From Candidatus Pacebacteria bacterium UBA6180 (GTDB lineage Bacteria > Patescibacteriota > Microgenomatia > UBA1400 > PJMF01): a stretch of 64,000 nucleotides of DNA. The position numbers were made by a program, and so were the translations under genes. The stretch covers positions 125,082 to 189,081 of the forward strand of contig DITQ01000008.1 in assembly GCA_002422165.1 (NCBI GenBank), given 5' to 3'. The notes under the pieces were generated by a model. The model was given only the letters and a program-made list of their open reading frames with translations. It had not been told where the DNA came from and did no database searches. This document shows, piece by piece, positions 10,120-19,321 of the stretch. Numbering within the stretch: position 1 is the stretch's first letter; every line of letters starts with the position of its first letter.

Positions 10120-11701
10120 AGCCGACTGCGCTGAAAGCGCTTAGGCAATTACCGAGCAGTCGCGGCCAAGTATTTTGAGTGAAGCGCGATTTAACTTGAT
10201 AGTCGCCAGCAGGCAAACTATAAGCCAAACGCCCAGCAATCATCTCGTCATCAATATAATTGACCTTTTGTCCATCAATTCTGGTCTCCCAACCAGGAAA
10301 AAAGGCTGTTGATTCGACAAGAATCGCTTCAGATTCTAAGTGAAGTTGATATTGGCGTTTGGTGCCGTAAAACTGTTCCAGGTAGACCTGGCCTTCGCCC
10401 TGGAGAATAAAAACTGGTTCTTCTTTTTCAGCAAAAAAAGCAAACTTGAAACTTTTGGGCATATTTTCTTGATTGACCGAAGTGGTGCCAGCATCAGCAT
10501 CAAAGTCAATCTGTTCTTGGTGACGAAAGTCGATGGGTCGCACTTGCCAAAATTGCCAAACTTGAAGCAGTAAAAGCAGGCTTAAAAATAATTTTCCAAC
10601 CGAACTCAAATTTTCAAAAATAAGTGCACTAAGTGGCAAAAGTGTAATTGCCAAAAATAAGGAAAGACGCCAAGGAAATTGAATGAAGTCAGCAAAGGGC
10701 ACTGTTTCATAAAGTATTTTGCTAAAAGGTAGTTGCGCTAACACCAAAATAAAGCTAGTAAGGAAAAAAACCAAATTCTGGCCTGGTTTACGTCTCAACA
10801 GATAAATAATACTGAGAAACAAAATTAGCAGTTGCAACCCACCAAGTCCCAAAGACATCGAGTCGACATTGCCCCAATAGGAGTAGCCGAATTCAATTGG
10901 CAAACGCAACAACTGATTAAGATTCGGGAAATGACGGTAATAATTCAAAGTTAAATCAACTTGATCTAGAGTAATTAAATTTTTCTCCACAATCGCTGGC
11001 AACCAGAACCACAAGGCCATAAAAAAGGCCCAAGCAAAAGAGAAAGCGAGCTTGCGCCAGGCTGTAAAATTCTTCGCAAAGTTGAAAATTGAGTAGAAAA
11101 GCAGCAAAATGCTGGCAAAAAAGGCCGCAATATTGTGAGCTAAGAAAAGCAGCAGTAAGCTCAAGGTCAAAGCAAAAAAATATCGACTCCAAAATACTTT
11201 TTCATTCTTAATCTTTTCTAGCAGGTAAAAGATCCAGGGTAAAATACCAATAGCCATGATTTCACCGATGTTGCCGCGAAAAATAATACTAGTCAAAATA
11301 TAAGGGTTAACTGCCAAAACTGTCAAAGCAAAAATTCTTGCAAGACGAGAAAAATTACGGCTGCGTAAAAAGAAATTGCTGCCAACTAAACCAAACAAAA
11401 CGCTCAGGGTCATGATGATTTTAAAGGCAATTTCGTAGTGAATATTAAGAATCGAAAAAGGCAGTGAGAAAATATTAGCCAAAGGATAATTGTAGTTAAA
11501 AACAGGGTAACCATAGCCATTAACTAAGTTAGGTGCCAGTCGCGGCGGCAGGTGCAATTCACGAACAGCAATTTTGTAATTGGCAAAACGCACCAAGTGG
11601 TTTTGACCATCGTGAGTGACTGGCACACCTTGGATCAGAAAGTGACGAGAGCTGATGGCAGCAAGAAAAAGGTAGAAAAAAACTCGCAAAATTTTAATCA
11701 T
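10052..11701 (-). CDS. GT-C superfamily membrane protein, YfhO/PTPS-related-like (paralog of 8383-10119)
   Basis: HDGQNHLVRFANYKIAVRELHLPPRLAPNLVNGYGYPVFNYNYPLANI; multi-TM. Its 3' end overlaps the convergent paralog by 68 nt. Confidence 0.55.
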   Translation of the reverse strand: MIKILRVFFYLFLAAISSRHFLIQGVPVTHDGQNHLVRFANYKIAVRELHLPPRLAPNLVNGYGYPVFNYNYPLANIFSLPFSILNIHYEIAFKIIMTLSVLFGLVGSNFFLRSRNFSRLARIFALTVLAVNPYILTSIIFRGNIGEIMAIGILPWIFYLLEKIKNEKVFWSRYFFALTLSLLLLFLAHNIAAFFASILLLFYSIFNFAKNFTAWRKLAFSFAWAFFMALWFWLPAIVEKNLITLDQVDLTLNYYRHFPNLNQLLRLPIEFGYSYWGNVDSMSLGLGGLQLLILFLSIIYLLRRKPGQNLVFFLTSFILVLAQLPFSKILYETVPFADFIQFPWRLSLFLAITLLPLSALIFENLSSVGKLFLSLLLLLQVWQFWQVRPIDFRHQEQIDFDADAGTTSVNQENMPKSFKFAFFAEKEEPVFILQGEGQVYLEQFYGTKRQYQLHLESEAILVESTAFFPGWETRIDGQKVNYIDDEMIAGRLAYSLPAGDYQVKSRFTQNTWPRLLGNCLSAFSAVGFIFCFWQMERSNKNRSTRLREK

Positions 11702-13340
11702 TTTTTTTCATTTGCCCTTCTTTGACCACCAGAATTAGACTTGGTTCGCCGTCTAAAAAATTAAATTCTTCAATTTTTTCGTAACCCTCTGGAATTTTTT
11801 CCTCATAATAAATAAATTTGGCAAGTTTTTTACCTACATCTTTATCATCCAATAAATAAGCAAACGGGTCTGGCAAACCAAAACTATTGACTGGGCTGTT
11901 GAGAAAAGCGTTCTTGAGTTCACGAGTCGACTCTAGCAATTCGGGAAATTGATAGTAAACAAAAATTCTGGGCAACCAATAGCGTTCGTCAATTTCAATT
12001 TTACTAAATTCTTGGTAGTGATCGCGCAGGTAGATTGCGACCTGGTTGTAGCTATAAAGCCAAGCAGCACTTGAGCGAGATTTATAATCAATGAAGTAAT
12101 CACTGTAATAAAAAATAGCATTGAGCGCAAAAATACCAATCACAATAAGTAGCAGAATTTTACCAGCTCGCAAATAGAATTCATTGAGTCCCCAAGCAAT
12201 TAAAATTGAGAAAGGAAGCAGCAAATAAATGGCTCGTGAGGCGTGCGGCACTTCATAAACCATCGCTGCTGGAATGGGAGACAGGAGCATTAAAGCTAGT
12301 AAAAACCAACTTAATTTGCTGCGCCAGTTAAGCACTAACAATAACGCTCCTAAATAGAAAAAAGGGGCTGTCACCAAGAATAATTCTCCTAAATAGCCAG
12401 AGTGTTGGCGAAGATTTGAGTCACCCCGTAGAAAAAGAAAGTCAACGCTAAAATGGGAACTCATGTTGACCAGAAAATCTCTAGTCACAAAAACGTAACG
12501 GTGATAAACCAAGCGCGCCAATAAACTAGAATTATATTTTTCTAAGTAGGCGCTTGATTCTTCAATCGCTTGGCGATGATGAATCAAATTATTGTTGTTG
12601 AGCCGATAATCTTGGCTGCGCGCATAATAGGGTGAGCGTAGCATCGGGATCATGCTGAGTACGAAAAATAACATTGCGGCAGCCAACCACAACTTGCGGT
12701 TTTTGATTTTATGCCAAAAAATCACGATTAAACTCGCGCATAGCAGCGGCACAATCAAGCGCAGTGAATAATAAGAGTAGACACTAATGCTGGCGAAAAC
12801 AGTGCTGACGAGAAAATACCAAGCTTGAGTGCGCACTGCGCGCAGGAAAAAAATTAGCGCCAACAGTAAAAACGCCACCGATAAGCTCGACTCGAGACCA
12901 ATACGACCAAAATGAACACTCCAGGGAGAAATTGCCAACATCAGTGCCGTCAAAAGCGGCATAAAGCGATAGCGCTTGAGTCTTGGCTCAAGTAAAAGCA
13001 ACTCTCGCACTAACATATAAATCAGATAGACACTCAAAATAGAAAAAATTGTCACTGGCAAGCGAATTGCAAAAGCATTCAAACCAAAAACTCTGACCGA
13101 CAAGCTGCTCAACCAAATCAAAACTGGTGCTTTGAAATCACCATAAGAACCAAGCACTGGTGCTAACCAGTGTTGGTTGTTCATATCTTTGCCAGTTTGA
13201 CTGATGCTGTAAGCATCTAAACCGATCGCTGCCTCGTCCCAGTAGAGACTGATGGGATTATTTCTGAGCTGCCAAAAGCGCAAAAAACTTGCCAGAAGTA
13301 AAATAACCAAGAGCAGTAAACCTTCAGTTTTTTTAGTCAT
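11694..13340 (-). CDS. GT-C membrane glycosyltransferase, PMT/ArnT-like paralog
   Basis: RFWQLRNNPISLYWDEAAIGLDAYSISQTGKDMNNQHWLAPV...YGDFKAPVLIWL. Start ATG comp. 13338-13340 overlaps the upstream stop (ATGACTAA). Confidence 0.75.
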   Translation of the reverse strand: MTKKTEGLLLLVILLLASFLRFWQLRNNPISLYWDEAAIGLDAYSISQTGKDMNNQHWLAPVLGSYGDFKAPVLIWLSSLSVRVFGLNAFAIRLPVTIFSILSVYLIYMLVRELLLLEPRLKRYRFMPLLTALMLAISPWSVHFGRIGLESSLSVAFLLLALIFFLRAVRTQAWYFLVSTVFASISVYSYYSLRLIVPLLCASLIVIFWHKIKNRKLWLAAAMLFFVLSMIPMLRSPYYARSQDYRLNNNNLIHHRQAIEESSAYLEKYNSSLLARLVYHRYVFVTRDFLVNMSSHFSVDFLFLRGDSNLRQHSGYLGELFLVTAPFFYLGALLLVLNWRSKLSWFLLALMLLSPIPAAMVYEVPHASRAIYLLLPFSILIAWGLNEFYLRAGKILLLIVIGIFALNAIFYYSDYFIDYKSRSSAAWLYSYNQVAIYLRDHYQEFSKIEIDERYWLPRIFVYYQFPELLESTRELKNAFLNSPVNSFGLPDPFAYLLDDKDVGKKLAKFIYYEEKIPEGYEKIEEFNFLDGEPSLILVVKEGQMKKND

Positions 13341-14877
13341 AAACTTGCAAGCCTAAACTTTGCGAAATAATAATTTTTTCTTCTGCTTGGAGATCCTCAA
13401 TTTCTTTGATGAAGTGATAGTTGAGTAATTTTTCACCATAATAAAAATTGATACTATCGGCATCCTGGTATTTCATGGTAGCAAAAAACTGCTCGGCAGG
13501 CACGCGCAAGTACCAGGCAGTTAAAATGTATTGATAGCCACCACCATCAATCACCGCCACTTTTTGCTCACTGTATTTGTTAACAGCTTCTCTCAAAAGC
13601 TGCGGGTATGCTACAAACAAAGATTCAGGCTGGTTGTCTGGATAAACCATAAAATAATGGCGATAATAAATCGTCGCTTCGAGCAGCAGCAATCCAACCA
13701 CGAGTAAAGAAATTACCTTACTCTGTTTGCTAAAAATTCGTGTAAGCTTGTCAAAAAATAAAGTAGCCAAACAAAGCAACATAAAAAAGAATAATAAACT
13801 CCTGGTCGCATGAGGACTATCGACCGTAACCACTGAAGGCGCTAGGGAGACAAGTAGTAGGTAGAGCCAAAGCAAATGTCTTTTAACCAGCTTGGCAGAT
13901 TGATCAAATAAGCGCACTACTAACTCGCCAAGAAAATCAATCAACATAAAAAGCGCCAAAAAGTAGGCACTGTAAAACAAGTGACCAAATCCAGCTAAAT
14001 TATGCCAAGGATGAGAACCACCATTTTTCACCAAAAAACTCAATGAGAAACTCTCTACTAGGTTAGTCCACATTAGTTTGGCGTAGAAAACATACTGGTT
14101 GCCCAGTAGCGCTTGCCACAAACCGTTGAAGCTCGCTCGGTACTGAGCGTATGCTAGCCAAGTACTTGAGTCATTAAAAATCGTAATGCCACTTTTTTGG
14201 CTCGCTAAAGAAAAAAAATTAATCGCTCCCCAGACAAAAATTGCCAAGATGAGCAAGCTTGGCCACAGCCATTTTTTGTAATTTTTGACTCCCTGATCAT
14301 AAATTAATGCAGGCAAAAGGAGTGGTAAAAGCAGCAAAGGGGTGTTGTAAGTCAAAACAGCGATCAATAAACATAATGAAGCAAGCAAAACTTGGCGTTT
14401 ATTACGAAATAATAAATACAAACCGAACACAAAAAATAACAAAGCGAAGTTGGCTTCGAAAGCACTGCGTGAGTAAAAAAAGAATACTGGACTAATTGCT
14501 GCCAGAAAGGCCATTAGCAAGGCGCTGTTTGCTTTGACCCTCAAAACATCTCTGGCAAAGAAAAAAACCAAAACAACCAGCATCACCCCTGCTAAAGCAG
14601 AAGGTAAGCGTACTAAAAAATCACTTGGCTGGAAAAAGCTAAAAAGTACTGCTAATAAATATGGATAACCTGGTAATTTGTAGTCGCCAAAAGATTTCAA
14701 GGTTAGTGGCCAGGCAACTTGCCATTCATCTTGCCTGGTTTCTGCTAAAAGATAAGCATTGTAAGCCAAAGCCGCTTCATCTCTATTGAGAATAGCTGGC
14801 AGCTGCTCTAGGCGGAAAAAGCGCAAAGCAAAGGCTAAAAAAATAATCGTCAATAATAAGAGCGACTTAGTTTTCAT
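13333..14877 (-). CDS. GT-C membrane glycosyltransferase, PMT/ArnT-like paralog
   Basis: LRFFRLEQLPAILNRDEAALAYNAYLLAETRQDEWQVAWPL...FGDYKLPGY. Start moved to the ATG at comp. 14875-14877, which has a GGAG SD 5 nt upstream; the track start at 14910 is TTG. Confidence 0.7.
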   Translation of the reverse strand: MKTKSLLLLTIIFLAFALRFFRLEQLPAILNRDEAALAYNAYLLAETRQDEWQVAWPLTLKSFGDYKLPGYPYLLAVLFSFFQPSDFLVRLPSALAGVMLVVLVFFFARDVLRVKANSALLMAFLAAISPVFFFYSRSAFEANFALLFFVFGLYLLFRNKRQVLLASLCLLIAVLTYNTPLLLLPLLLPALIYDQGVKNYKKWLWPSLLILAIFVWGAINFFSLASQKSGITIFNDSSTWLAYAQYRASFNGLWQALLGNQYVFYAKLMWTNLVESFSLSFLVKNGGSHPWHNLAGFGHLFYSAYFLALFMLIDFLGELVVRLFDQSAKLVKRHLLWLYLLLVSLAPSVVTVDSPHATRSLLFFFMLLCLATLFFDKLTRIFSKQSKVISLLVVGLLLLEATIYYRHYFMVYPDNQPESLFVAYPQLLREAVNKYSEQKVAVIDGGGYQYILTAWYLRVPAEQFFATMKYQDADSINFYYGEKLLNYHFIKEIEDLQAEEKIIISQSLGLQVYD

Positions 14878-16540
14878 AAAAACTCCAAACTTCACCTTCT
14901 GTCTGATCAATTAATTTTAAAGCTTGCTGATTAAAATTGGCAGCGCGAAACTCTGGCGAGCTGATAAGCAGAATGGACTTGGATAAATCCAGCTCGTCTG
15001 CCTGATCGATGAAGCTAATTTTACCGAAATTGAGAAATTCACCTTGGTCTTTACGAGCTGTCTCATTCGCGGTTTGCACTAAACGTGGCTCGACTTGTGC
15101 ATAATAAAAATAGTACATCGCTGGCCGGCCTTGTTCGCGGGTAATGTAGATTTGCTCGTAATTGGCCTCTCTATCAAGCAGCTTGCCGACCATTTCTTCA
15201 TAACCAAATTGCCATTCGTGGCGGTATTTTTTCGGATAGATAAAAATCAGCTGGTAGAAAAAAGTTGCAAAAAAAACAAGGTAAGCCAAAGTTAGCACGG
15301 TGTTGAGGATTTTTGGCGTCATCTTCAGCTTGCAAAGCTCCACCAACTGCCACCAGGCAAAACTAAGTAAAACAATAAAAACTGGCCAAGCGGTGAGCGT
15401 TCGCAGAGCATGTGGCGTAGCCTTAGTAAAAGCTGCCGGCAAAATACCTAGTAGCAAAAAAGCAAACAATAACAAGCTAATTTTGCGGCGCTGACGCAGT
15501 AAAAAGTAGCCAGCAAAAATAAATAGCAACAGGTCTAAATAGTAAAAGTTGCCAAAGGTTTGGATGCTATGACGAGGATTATTATCGCCACTAACAAACA
15601 GGTAATTATAGCTAAAATGACTAGCGAAGTTCAAAATAGCCTCACGAGCAAAAAAAACATAACGGTGAAAAAAAGCACGAGCCAGCCAAGTGTTTTTATA
15701 AGCAGCACGCCACTCATTGCTTTCTTCGATTAAATTTAAATCATTGAAAATGCTAGTCTCAGCAATCCGTTGTTGACCACTTTGACCAAGTAGAGATATG
15801 GTGACTGGATAAATCATGATCAGCCCAAGTATCGCTGCAAGTAATAAGGCACGCCAGTTAAATTGATGTGATATTTTTTTGACCGTCAACCGATGATAAA
15901 CAAAATAGGCAGCCATCACGCTCAAGCCCAGTAGCGGCGCAGTCAAGCGGGCGCTGTGATAAGCATAGGTTGATAAAGTTAATAGCAAAGTTGCTAAAAT
16001 TAGCCACTTACTGCGATTGCTTTTGATAAAAAATAAGCCAAAAATAAAACCCCATAGGATTAGAGCGCTGGCCAAAACGCTTTCCCAGGCACTGCGAGAA
16101 AATACAAGCAACCAAGGCGAAATCGTTCCCAAAAATAAACTGCTATGAAACACAAAATTAGCCGCTTGCTTATCTTTTGGCCGATAAAAATGCAAAAATA
16201 AAAAGCGACTCAAAACCGCTGTGCCCAAAATTAAAGCTAGCGAAGCCAAAATAGTCGGCAAGCGCACCGCCAATAAATTCAGACCAAAGATTTTGATGAA
16301 AGGCACTGCCGCATAAAAATACAGGCTAGGCTTGTGATCGCCAAAAGATTCAAAAGAACTAAGCGGCAAAAAATTACCATGGTGATCTCTCCCCGTCAGA
16401 GTGATGTTGTAGGCATCATAGCCCAAGGCCACCTCCTCCCAATAAGGGCTGGGTGGAGAAATCATCAAAGCATAGAACCTGGAAAAAATTGCTAAAAATA
16501 ACAAGAGAGGCAATAAAGCAAACTTGACAGCTAGTTTCAT
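14867..16540 (-). CDS. GT-C membrane glycosyltransferase, PMT/ArnT-like paralog
   Basis: SRFYALMISPPSPYWEEVALGYDAYNITLTGRDHHGNFLPL...FGDHKPSLY. ATGA overlap with the upstream flippase gene. Confidence 0.75.
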   Translation of the reverse strand: MKLAVKFALLPLLLFLAIFSRFYALMISPPSPYWEEVALGYDAYNITLTGRDHHGNFLPLSSFESFGDHKPSLYFYAAVPFIKIFGLNLLAVRLPTILASLALILGTAVLSRFLFLHFYRPKDKQAANFVFHSSLFLGTISPWLLVFSRSAWESVLASALILWGFIFGLFFIKSNRSKWLILATLLLTLSTYAYHSARLTAPLLGLSVMAAYFVYHRLTVKKISHQFNWRALLLAAILGLIMIYPVTISLLGQSGQQRIAETSIFNDLNLIEESNEWRAAYKNTWLARAFFHRYVFFAREAILNFASHFSYNYLFVSGDNNPRHSIQTFGNFYYLDLLLFIFAGYFLLRQRRKISLLLFAFLLLGILPAAFTKATPHALRTLTAWPVFIVLLSFAWWQLVELCKLKMTPKILNTVLTLAYLVFFATFFYQLIFIYPKKYRHEWQFGYEEMVGKLLDREANYEQIYITREQGRPAMYYFYYAQVEPRLVQTANETARKDQGEFLNFGKISFIDQADELDLSKSILLISSPEFRAANFNQQALKLIDQTEGEVWSFYEN

Positions 16541-17985
16541 AAATTTCGTCGCAAACTTCTAATTTCTGCTGCAAATCTCTTACCCGAAATTGCCAAAAAT
16601 ATAGTCGCATATAGAGCAAAACTCGCCACGCCGCCCAAAAAGAAATAGTTAAAACTAAGACTCCACCACTTCAGGCCTAGCATTCCAAAGCCAGCCATCA
16701 AACCACTAGCTACAAGCTGTGCCCAGACGTTTCTCATGATTTGCACGGGCACATATTTTTTGATCAAAATGACTGAAAGCACAGAAGTCCAAGAAATCAG
16801 GAAGGCGGCGATGGCTACGCCGTTGAAAGCAAAACGATAAACAAGCAAAGGAGTTAACAACCAAGTCAAAGTCGTCCAAAAAATCATCAGCTTGAGAGTT
16901 TGGTTGATTTTACCAATAGCGTTTAGACTATTGACTAGGGGTGTCGAAATTGCCGACCATGCGATACTTAGCGAAAACAAGACGAAACTAAACAAAGCTG
17001 GTTGCCACTTAGCGTAGCGTGGCACCAATTCCGTCAGAGGATAAACGAAAACGCTCATTCCCACCAAAGTGGGGAAAATAAATAAGGCGATAAAATAAAT
17101 CGATTTCTCGATGGCTTTTTTGAGTAAATCTGGGTGGTTTTGCAAGCGCGAAAAAGTTGGAAAAGTAATCGCCATGACGTTTTGCACCGTCAGATTATAT
17201 GGATACATTGACCAATTTTTGGCCCACTGCATGTAACCAAAATCACGTAAGGGCAAAAAAGCTCCTAGTAACAAGAAATATAACTGGTCTTTGATCCGCG
17301 CCAATAGATCATTGAGTTGAAATTTGATTCCAAAACCAATTAAGCCACGAAGTGAATTCATGGTGATTTTCAAACGAGGCAACCATGGTTGAATCACTTG
17401 AATAACGATGATGCCAATAATTGAGCGGGCTAAAATTGCGTAAACATAAGAAACGATGCCAAAACCATGCCAAGCCATGAAAATCAAAATGCCGTGAAAG
17501 ACCAACTGTTCAAAAATTTGTGGCAAAACCAATTTATTAAAGTCTAAACGGCGCTCTAAAATGATCGAGGAAACAGTTTTAAAAGTAGCTAGGGGAAAAG
17601 AAATACCTAATGCTAGCAACACCCAGATTCCCTGTTCACCTAGTTTGTTTTGTAAAGCATCGATACGACTCAAACCTAAAATTAGCAAAAATAACAAACA
17701 AGCCAAGAGAAACTGAACACTAAAGGCAGTTTTATGATCGTCCTCGCTTGGCTCATTTTTCTTCTGAATCAGCGCTGCTGCCAAACCAATATCAGAGAAG
17801 AAGACCAGCAAAGCAATAATCTGAGTGACAATGCCAAAAATTCCAAACTCTTCTGGCGAGAAAAAAGCGCTCAAAACGAAAGCCGAAGCCAAGCCAATTC
17901 CCTGGATCAAGATTGTGCGTAAGAAGAAAGAGAAAACACCCCTAACGGATTTGCGTTTGATTTGATCAACTTCTAGGGTTTGCAT
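16537..17985 (-). CDS. Polysaccharide/oligosaccharide flippase, Wzx-like (MOP superfamily)
   Basis: 482 aa, about 12-14 TM helices, typical Wzx-like composition. First gene of the minus-strand GT-C operon. Confidence 0.6.
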   Translation of the reverse strand: MQTLEVDQIKRKSVRGVFSFFLRTILIQGIGLASAFVLSAFFSPEEFGIFGIVTQIIALLVFFSDIGLAAALIQKKNEPSEDDHKTAFSVQFLLACLLFLLILGLSRIDALQNKLGEQGIWVLLALGISFPLATFKTVSSIILERRLDFNKLVLPQIFEQLVFHGILIFMAWHGFGIVSYVYAILARSIIGIIVIQVIQPWLPRLKITMNSLRGLIGFGIKFQLNDLLARIKDQLYFLLLGAFLPLRDFGYMQWAKNWSMYPYNLTVQNVMAITFPTFSRLQNHPDLLKKAIEKSIYFIALFIFPTLVGMSVFVYPLTELVPRYAKWQPALFSFVLFSLSIAWSAISTPLVNSLNAIGKINQTLKLMIFWTTLTWLLTPLLVYRFAFNGVAIAAFLISWTSVLSVILIKKYVPVQIMRNVWAQLVASGLMAGFGMLGLKWWSLSFNYFFLGGVASFALYATIFLAISGKRFAAEIRSLRRNL

Positions 17986-18018
17986 GAGTCCTGCTCATTC
18001 TAGTCGACTTTTTTCGCT

Positions 18019-18047
18019 TTGAAAATAAGCGCCTTTTCCAATATACT
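18019..18047 (+). promoter_or_regulatory. Sigma70-like promoter TTGAAA-17nt-TATACT for the LCP gene
   Basis: TTGAAA at 18019-18024 and TATACT at 18042-18047. The predicted TSS near 18054 lies inside the GGAGG that abuts the ATG at 18057, implying a near-leaderless transcript. Confidence 0.45.
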
Positions 18048-18056
18048 GCGAGGAGG

Positions 18057-19166
18057 ATGAATAAAGACCTCTTAGTCACTCTTGAATACAAGAAGCCTAG
18101 TGGTTTTTGGCGCTTCTTTCTATGGACTTTGGCCATACTCTTTTTGACCGCAATTAGCCTGGTGATTTACCTATATGTCCAGAGCAATAAACTTGTCAAG
18201 GGTTTTACCGCTGGAGCAGAAATCAGTCGCGAAGAATTTTTTGATCAAAGCAATCAGTTTCTAACTGCTTTGCAGAGTCATTACCAAGAAGTTGGCGAGT
18301 TGCCAGAGAAATACAACTTTTTGATTCTCGGCACAGACAAGCTCAGTGGTCGCGAAGGTGATCCCGAGTTGACCGATAGCATAATGCTGCTGCAACTTGA
18401 CTTTGAAGCTGGAGAAATCAAAACTCTATCACTGCCTCGCGACCTATATAACGATGACTACCAAACTAAAATCAACGCTCTATATTTCTATGGTTTAGAA
18501 AAATATCCTGATGAGCCGGGAAAGTTTCCGAGAGAAGTACTTACTGAGATGACAGACCTTAAATTTGATTACACTCTGGTCATCAGTATTGAAGACCTGG
18601 AAAAATTAATTGCCTTGGTTGGCGATATCGAGCTAGATGTGCCGACTGCTTTTACTGATCCAAGTTTTCCCATTCCTGGAGTGGACGTTCACACCGTGCG
18701 TGATCCAAAGCTACTATATGAAGAAATTAGCTTCGAGACTGGGCTTCAAACTATGGATAGCGCGACTGCGCTCAAATACATGCGTAGTCGCTACAGCGAA
18801 GGTGATGAAGGCACTGATTTGGCTCGCTCCGCTCGCCAGCAGCTCGTCCTAGAAGCTTTGGCTTCAAAACTAATAAAAGCTCAAGATCCATTTCTCTTTG
18901 GTCAACTTTACCGCTTCTACCTCGACAGATTCTCTAAATTTTTGCCAGCAGAGGAAATTGCTAAGTTGCTCAGCGTCTACTTGAACTATGTCGAGAGGAA
19001 TCAAGCTACCGAATTGACTTTTGTCAAACACCAGTTGCCGATCTACCCTACGGATGACAACGGTGTCATTTATAATCCTCCATTCTGGCAGAGTAGACAG
19101 CAGTGGATTTATCAGATCAAAGATCAACAAACCTTTAAAGAAAGCCTAGATGCTGTTTTCAACTAA
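18057..19166 (+). CDS. LytR-CpsA-Psr (LCP) family cell-wall glycopolymer phosphotransferase
   Basis: N-terminal TM then LCP core FLILGTDKLSGREGDPELTDSIMLLQLDFEAGEIKTLSLPRDLY...ALKYMRSRY. Confidence 0.8.
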   Translation: MNKDLLVTLEYKKPSGFWRFFLWTLAILFLTAISLVIYLYVQSNKLVKGFTAGAEISREEFFDQSNQFLTALQSHYQEVGELPEKYNFLILGTDKLSGREGDPELTDSIMLLQLDFEAGEIKTLSLPRDLYNDDYQTKINALYFYGLEKYPDEPGKFPREVLTEMTDLKFDYTLVISIEDLEKLIALVGDIELDVPTAFTDPSFPIPGVDVHTVRDPKLLYEEISFETGLQTMDSATALKYMRSRYSEGDEGTDLARSARQQLVLEALASKLIKAQDPFLFGQLYRFYLDRFSKFLPAEEIAKLLSVYLNYVERNQATELTFVKHQLPIYPTDDNGVIYNPPFWQSRQQWIYQIKDQQTFKESLDAVFN

Positions 19167-19182
19167 AAATCTATTTCGCCTT

Positions 19183-19317
19183 ATGTTACTGTTAATTATT
19201 GTCTTGGCCTTGGCTGCCGGCTATTACCAATCAGCGCTAGAGGTGGAACAACGCAAAAATAAATATTTACGAAATCAGATCGAAATCTTAAGCAAGCAAG
19301 AAACAACGAAAATCTAA
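19183..19317 (+). CDS. Small (44 aa) single-TM protein with C-terminal coiled-coil-like region (hypothetical)
   Basis: ATG at 19183: MLLLIIVLALAAGYYQSALEVEQRKNKYLRNQIEILSKQETTKI*. Fills the LCP-rmlB gap. No clear SD. Below the track size cut-off. Confidence 0.3.
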   Translation: MLLLIIVLALAAGYYQSALEVEQRKNKYLRNQIEILSKQETTKI

Positions 19318-19321
19318 ACAT

